Below are positions 17,446 to 22,298 of a DNA stretch of 22,298 nucleotides, piece after piece. How positions within the stretch are numbered: the stretch's first letter is position 1; the number at the start of each line of letters is the position of its first letter. The position numbers and the translations under genes are program-made. The stretch is from Thermodesulfobacteriota bacterium. GTDB taxonomy: Bacteria > Desulfobacterota_D > UBA1144 > Nemesobacterales > N074bin48. The notes below the pieces were generated by a model that was given only the letters and a program-made list of their open reading frames with translations, ran no database searches and was not told the origin of the DNA. The DNA lies in contig JBFFSH010000040.1 of the NCBI GenBank assembly GCA_041572575.1, positions 1 to 22,298 of the forward strand, given 5' to 3'.

Positions 17446-19968
17446 GTGAATTACTTAAATAGAATAGGAGAGAGACTAAACAAGCAAATTGTATATTTTA
17501 TTGCATTTGTATGTTTCATCGTATGGTCTTTTTGTTTTGTTTTAGCTCTAAAATGGGTAAACCAGCCTTTTACAGGCTTCTTATTCTATAATAACCTTGT
17601 AGTTTCTGAGGTAGTAATTGACCTCGGAGATGATAAAACTGATGACAAACCGCAGATTATTACAGATAGGATAATAGCAATTAACGGTGAAAGGGTAAAT
17701 TCACCCGGTGAAATTTACCAAATTGTTAATCGATATAATGTTGGCACACCCCTTGATTACAGTTTCATTCGTGGAGATAAAATATTCGAGTATACAATCC
17801 CGGTTTCCGTCTTTAATATCGGGCATTTTATATCTATTTTTGGTATTGTATATTTTTCAGGATTAGCTTTTTTCGTAGTTGGTATTTCGGTATATTTTTT
17901 AAGACCCAGACTTACAACAAGTAAAATATTCTTGTTGTTCTCAGTCTGTACCGGTCTTTGGCTTGTAAGTTATTTTGACTCACAATCCACTTTTATTTTT
18001 GATAAACTTTCTACTTTGGGATTCTTTTTGGCGCCAACTCTTGCAATTTATCTTGCTACGGTTTTCCCAAAGGACAGGCCACTTAATCTTCGCCATTATC
18101 TCTTGTTGACCCCGCTTTTTATTGTGTCTGTTATATTGTTTGTCATAAGTATTTCACCGGTGGGCAGCTATGAATTATGGCTAACACTCAGCAAACTAAT
18201 GCTGGGTTATGCTCTAATCGGTTCTCTTGTGGTATCGGTTTCAAATCTAAGAACTTATTTCGGCTCTGCAGTTACTCTGGAAAAACAAAGATCACAGATT
18301 GTCGTGATCGGTTCTGTTATAGGTTTGCTTATCCCAATTTTAATTATGATTTTGAGTTATGCCATGGGTATGAAAGTATCTTTTGGCATTCTTGCTTTGA
18401 TACTAACTGTTTTTCCTATATCTCTTGCCTACTCCATACTAAAACATAAGCTTTTTGATGTAAACGTAATAATTAGAAAAGCCCTTGTTTATGGACTTCT
18501 TACAGGGGCTCTTGGTGGAATAATAGCAATTCTAATAATAAGTTTCAATCTGTTCCTTGCTAAGCAGGGAGGTTGGAAAAATCCTGCATTTTTTATAATA
18601 TTAAGCGCATTTTTGGCCGTAGCCCTAAATCCTCTACAGAATAAGATTCAGGCATTAATAGATTTAGTCTTTTTTAGGAAAAAATATGATTACCGAAAAA
18701 CAATTGAAGACATTAGTTTTGCCATGACCTCAATTTTGAATCCTGAGGACATATATCAAAAAATTGTTGAAACAATTGAAAACACTATTTTTGCTAAGGA
18801 TATAAACCTGCTTTTTTATGACGAGCAGCAAACCCTTTACAGGCCATATTCTAGTCTTGGAGACGCAGAGGAAGAAGACTATATACTCAGTGAACAAAAC
18901 ATATTGATTGAATTAGTTAGGCAGCAAAAAAGCGAAATATTCTTAGAAGATATTTATTCGGAAGATAAATATAAAGATAATTGTGAGGAGTTGGAGCAAA
19001 TATTTGGTAAGTTTAATTCATCGTTAATAATGCCAATGTTTGTTAAGGATAAGCTCATTGGGCTTATGACGCTTGGTGAAAAGAAATCGGAGCTAACGTA
19101 TACTTCTGAAGATTTGGAGCTTCTGCGTATATTAGCTAATCAGAGCTCTGTTGCTATAGAAAATGCTCTTGCCTTTAGGCTTGTCGAAGATTATGCCAGC
19201 AGACTAGAAGATACGAATATTGAGCTAAGTGAGACCCAGGCCCAGTTGATTCAGTCTGAGAAAATGTCTGCTATAGGGCAGTTATCTGCAGGCATAGCAC
19301 ATGAAATACGAAATCCACTCAATATTATTGAAGGTGCAAGGTATTACCTTGCAAACCTATTATCAGAAAGCGAAAAATCTGAATCAGTTAACGAATATCT
19401 TAGCTATATTAAGCAGGAAGTTGAAAGAACAAACAATTTAATCACAAATTTACTCAAATTTTCAAAATCTGAAGCCCCTCGTTTTGAGCTTATAGATATT
19501 AATACAACGCTAGAAAACACAATGACATTGCTAAAAAAACAGCTCTCGGATGCATCTGTAAATGGCATTAATGTGTTTGAAGAGAACCTTCCATCAATAC
19601 TTGGTGATCCCAATCAGTTATGGCAGGTGTTTGTGAATATTATTATGAATGCCATACAGGCCATGCCTGAGGGTGGAGATCTGATTATCAAAACCTATAG
19701 CAACGGTAACAATTCTATTTGCGTTAGTTTTAAAGATACCGGTGTAGGTATGGAAAAAGATGTAGTAAAGAAAATTTTCGATCCATTTTTTACGAAAAAG
19801 GAATCCGGTACCGGGCTAGGTCTTTCTATTACCTATAGTATTGTTGAAAGTCATAGTGGTAAAATAAGAGTAGATAGTGAAATTGGAGTAGGTACTGAAT
19901 TTCAAATTGAAATTCCTATTGGAAAAATAGAAGTGAATGATAAAGTTACCGGCAATTATACAACCTGA
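17446..19968 (+). CDS. Sensor histidine kinase (TM - PDZ-like - polytopic membrane - GAF - HisKA - HATPase_c)
   Basis: PDZ-like DRIIAINGERV...; about 9-10 hydrophobic segments; GAF (LIMPM..KDKLIGLMTLG..YTSEDLELL..LANQ); H-box SEKMSAIGQLSAGIAHEIRNPL; N-box QVFVNIIMNA; G boxes DTGVG, FDPFFT, GTGLGL. Confidence 0.92.
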   Translation: MNYLNRIGERLNKQIVYFIAFVCFIVWSFCFVLALKWVNQPFTGFLFYNNLVVSEVVIDLGDDKTDDKPQIITDRIIAINGERVNSPGEIYQIVNRYNVGTPLDYSFIRGDKIFEYTIPVSVFNIGHFISIFGIVYFSGLAFFVVGISVYFLRPRLTTSKIFLLFSVCTGLWLVSYFDSQSTFIFDKLSTLGFFLAPTLAIYLATVFPKDRPLNLRHYLLLTPLFIVSVILFVISISPVGSYELWLTLSKLMLGYALIGSLVVSVSNLRTYFGSAVTLEKQRSQIVVIGSVIGLLIPILIMILSYAMGMKVSFGILALILTVFPISLAYSILKHKLFDVNVIIRKALVYGLLTGALGGIIAILIISFNLFLAKQGGWKNPAFFIILSAFLAVALNPLQNKIQALIDLVFFRKKYDYRKTIEDISFAMTSILNPEDIYQKIVETIENTIFAKDINLLFYDEQQTLYRPYSSLGDAEEEDYILSEQNILIELVRQQKSEIFLEDIYSEDKYKDNCEELEQIFGKFNSSLIMPMFVKDKLIGLMTLGEKKSELTYTSEDLELLRILANQSSVAIENALAFRLVEDYASRLEDTNIELSETQAQLIQSEKMSAIGQLSAGIAHEIRNPLNIIEGARYYLANLLSESEKSESVNEYLSYIKQEVERTNNLITNLLKFSKSEAPRFELIDINTTLENTMTLLKKQLSDASVNGINVFEENLPSILGDPNQLWQVFVNIIMNAIQAMPEGGDLIIKTYSNGNNSICVSFKDTGVGMEKDVVKKIFDPFFTKKESGTGLGLSITYSIVESHSGKIRVDSEIGVGTEFQIEIPIGKIEVNDKVTGNYTT

Positions 19969-20031
19969 AATAAAGTGTTTAATTCTATGATTTTGAAAAG
20001 ATTGGATATGCGTTAAATTAAGAAGTCCATA

Positions 20032-20370
20032 ATGAAAAAATTCCAAATACTAGTAGATGATGAAATTATTTATGACGGGACATTTAGCGAAGTTCCCGAT
20101 CATTATAGAGAGAACCTGGTGAGCTGTCTGGAGGAATGGTCAGATGTTTTAGGCAAAAAATCTATTAATGAATTGATTTATTCCTCGTTTTATTGGTATA
20201 AGCAACAGAAGATGTATTGTTTTAATTGCTGCGAATTTATTGAACAGGCAACTGAATGTGCTGATTGCGGTCACCAACTACAAAACAGGTTTGTCCATGA
20301 CAGAAATACCGATGTTGATAGAATTCTGGACTGTATTGGTATGATAACAAGTGTAGAAGTTATTAAATGA
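20032..20370 (+). CDS. Hypothetical protein with putative zinc ribbon
   Basis: 112 aa; CFNCC-x8-CADCG. Confidence 0.65.
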   Translation: MKKFQILVDDEIIYDGTFSEVPDHYRENLVSCLEEWSDVLGKKSINELIYSSFYWYKQQKMYCFNCCEFIEQATECADCGHQLQNRFVHDRNTDVDRILDCIGMITSVEVIK

Positions 20371-20401
20371 AAATATCTCTTGTATCCGTTTATTAGATTA
20401 T

Positions 20402-20848
20402 ATGATGCTGAGGACGTTATTGTTAATTACAATATGTTTGTTGTGCTGTGTGTCCAACGATGCAAGTTCTACTGACTTTCTTGAGGTTACACTTCCTGAT
20501 GGAAATATAATAAAAGCCGAAATTGCAATGGATAAGGCTCAGGGGCTGCAAAACAGGGATTATCTCTGTCCTAAATGCGGAATGATATTTATTTTTGATA
20601 CTGAAGGTATCTATTCGTTTTGGATGAAAGATACTTTGCTTGATCTATCTTTAATATGGATAAATAAAAAACGAGAAGTTGTTCATATTGAAAGAAATGC
20701 TAAACCTTGTAAATACAAAACAGATCCCCGAAAGGAGTGTCAGGTCTATATGCCAAATATCAATGCTAAATATGTTTTAGAAATCTTGCCCGGTGCCAGT
20801 GATAGTATTAATATTGGTTCAGTGCTAAAATTTATCCCTCCTGGTTAA
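20402..20848 (+). CDS. DUF192 domain exported protein
   Basis: N-terminal signal peptide; GL.NR...GMIFIF, FWMKDTLLDLSLIWI and AKYVLEI..G motifs. Confidence 0.85.
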   Translation: MMLRTLLLITICLLCCVSNDASSTDFLEVTLPDGNIIKAEIAMDKAQGLQNRDYLCPKCGMIFIFDTEGIYSFWMKDTLLDLSLIWINKKREVVHIERNAKPCKYKTDPRKECQVYMPNINAKYVLEILPGASDSINIGSVLKFIPPG

Positions 20849-21039
20849 TAATAAATTGAAATTAATGACTTGGTAGTATGATTGTTGAATTATTCCAAAT
20901 AATTTCTATTTAAATGGTTATTTGATAATAATATGGTTTAATTATATCAGTTAAGTTATTCTTTTTATGGAAAATAGTTGCTTAAACACATAGTTTGGGT
21001 GTATAATAGATCATAGAAATCTTGTTGTGGGGATTTTTT

Positions 21040-21843
21040 ATGGAAGAATTAAAACCTAAACTCATACTTACTAAGTCCGGCAAGTCGGGCTTTAACATTG
21101 GAAGATATATATTTTTCATCATAATTTTTTCAATAGGTTTTTATTTTGGATATAGCTATAAGAGTCTGGATTCAGATATAATTTCACAAAGTAAAGATCA
21201 ATTAACAAAAATTAAAGATAAAAAATTCACTAATCTTGAATTTAAAGATTCTGCCAAGAAGCAGCCTGACAATAAAATTACTGTCTCTAAAAATAAAACA
21301 GTTAAAGTAAAAGCAGTAGCGTTTAATAAAACTGATGGTTTAATAGATAAAAAATCTGATAATGATATAGCCTCACTGCAAATCAAAAAAAATGTTGCAG
21401 ATATGGGTTCAGTTGAAAAAGTTGAGAAATTACCCAAGACAGACACTGCAATATTAGCAAACAATGTTACTGAGAAAACGGACAATAAAGCAAAAAATAG
21501 CAATACAGTAAAAAAAGAGCAAATATCTCAATCGGAACACAAGCTTGTTATTAATGATTCCCAGCATGTTGATACTTCTTATACACTACAGATTGCGGCT
21601 TTTGAAACCGAGCGTAAAAGTAGTGAAGTTGTACAGGAGCTTTCTAATAAAGGCTATAATGTTTATTCAATATCAGTAGTAAATGCCCATGGAGACCGGT
21701 GGAATCTTGTAAGATTGGGCAACTTTGAAACATTAGAAGAAGCAAGAGAATTCTCTGAATTACTTCTAAGCTCTGAAGGTATAAATTCAATTGTTAAATC
21801 AATAGAAAAATCCAAAGTTACATCTTCTACTAAGTTCTACTAA
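21040..21843 (+). CDS. SPOR-domain membrane-anchored protein (FtsN/DedD-like architecture)
   Basis: Probable ATG at 21040; single TM (YIFFIIIFSIGFYFGY), Lys/Asn-rich linker, C-terminal YTLQIAAF...WNLVRLGNFETLEEA. Confidence 0.85.
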   Translation: MEELKPKLILTKSGKSGFNIGRYIFFIIIFSIGFYFGYSYKSLDSDIISQSKDQLTKIKDKKFTNLEFKDSAKKQPDNKITVSKNKTVKVKAVAFNKTDGLIDKKSDNDIASLQIKKNVADMGSVEKVEKLPKTDTAILANNVTEKTDNKAKNSNTVKKEQISQSEHKLVINDSQHVDTSYTLQIAAFETERKSSEVVQELSNKGYNVYSISVVNAHGDRWNLVRLGNFETLEEAREFSELLLSSEGINSIVKSIEKSKVTSSTKFY

Positions 21844-22010
21844 TTAAGATTCAAGCTCTATCCCTGACAATTCAATTAGCCTCAATATGCATTGTTAGCA
21901 ATTGCGTAATAATATGATGTTAATATCCTCTAAATAATCTGCAAAATATTCAATTATCCTATAAATAATAAGATATAATTCTGTTTATTTGGCATTTGCG
22001 AACAATAGTG

Positions 22011-22039
22011 TTGACTTTTAGAGCAAAGTGCCTTATTAT
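22011..22039 (+). promoter_or_regulatory. Putative sigma70 promoter
   Basis: TTGACT (22011-22016), 17 bp, TATTAT (22034-22039); SD AGAGG at 22064-22068. Confidence 0.55.
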
Positions 22040-22074
22040 TTCAGGTTATATTTTAAAAAGTTAAGAGGTAATTC

Positions 22075-22298
22075 ATGGAAGCAAGTGCAAATATGGCTGA
22101 TACAAAATCTGATTCTGATAATGACAACTCGGGATCCGATGTATTCAGTCCAAAATATGACAGCGACAAAGACAATTTAAAGCAGCTGGGCATAGCAGGC
22201 AGTGCGGTAGCCGAGATGGACGAAGATGAATTTGAGTTCGAACAACAACCAACAACAAAAGAACTGCAGAAAATAGAAGAGGAAGAAGAGAAGAACAA
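22075..22298 (+). CDS. 3'-truncated protein with highly acidic N-terminus (not in ORF track)
   Basis: The ATG at 22075 has an SD and a promoter, and the frame stays open to the window end: MEASANMADTKSDSDNDNSG...EMDEDEFEFEQQPTTKELQKIEEEEEKN. Confidence 0.7.
   Translation, partial: MEASANMADTKSDSDNDNSGSDVFSPKYDSDKDNLKQLGIAGSAVAEMDEDEFEFEQQPTTKELQKIEEEEEKN

Noticed and set aside
1358..21503. Short antisense or nested ORFs in the track (e.g. 1358-1585, 1721-1951, 6446-6823, 8786-8974, 9573-9908, 16626-16940, 18177-18449, 21198-21503)
   Set aside because: All lie within or largely overlap well-supported genes, have no recognisable motifs, and look like shadow ORFs.
22053..22298. Minus-strand Ser-rich 81-aa ORF
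   Set aside because: It is the antisense shadow of the acidic + strand ORF at 22075, which has a promoter and SD.
1..22298. CRISPR arrays, tRNA/rRNA genes, IS elements, prophage or defence genes, diversity-generating retroelement acting on pilins
   Set aside because: I saw no regular direct repeats, cloverleaf/T-loop motifs, transposase, integrase or reverse transcriptase. The pilin paralogs differ throughout, not in an adenine-specific TR/VR pattern.

Overview
AT-rich bacterial chromosomal window, almost entirely on the + strand. The gene repertoire resembles deltaproteobacteria-like lineages (Desulfobacterota/Myxococcota/Dadabacteria-like; inference only). The left ~7 kb is a type IV pilin locus. 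It has two tandem paralogous pilins with six conserved Cys and a DxDxN(G)xxD Ca-binding-like loop, then an ABC ATPase, a permease and a TPR protein (PilH/PilI/PilG- or XapA-D-like module), a TMTC-like GT-C/TPR glycosyltransferase and a GT9 glycosyltransferase. Next come a convergent MBL-fold hydrolase and a ~500-bp gap with no ORF in the track, which hides a decayed DUF62 (SAM hydrolase/halogenase family) pseudogene. A housekeeping run follows: helical-repeat hypothetical, rluD, pgeF, hypothetical, argG, queA, rlmD, SDR epimerase, aroC. The right end has an orphan PDZ-polytopic-GAF histidine kinase, a zinc-ribbon hypothetical, DUF192, a SPOR protein and the acidic N-terminus of a truncated gene. 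I found no mobile elements, CRISPR arrays or RNA genes. All family calls come from motif recognition by eye, with no database searches.
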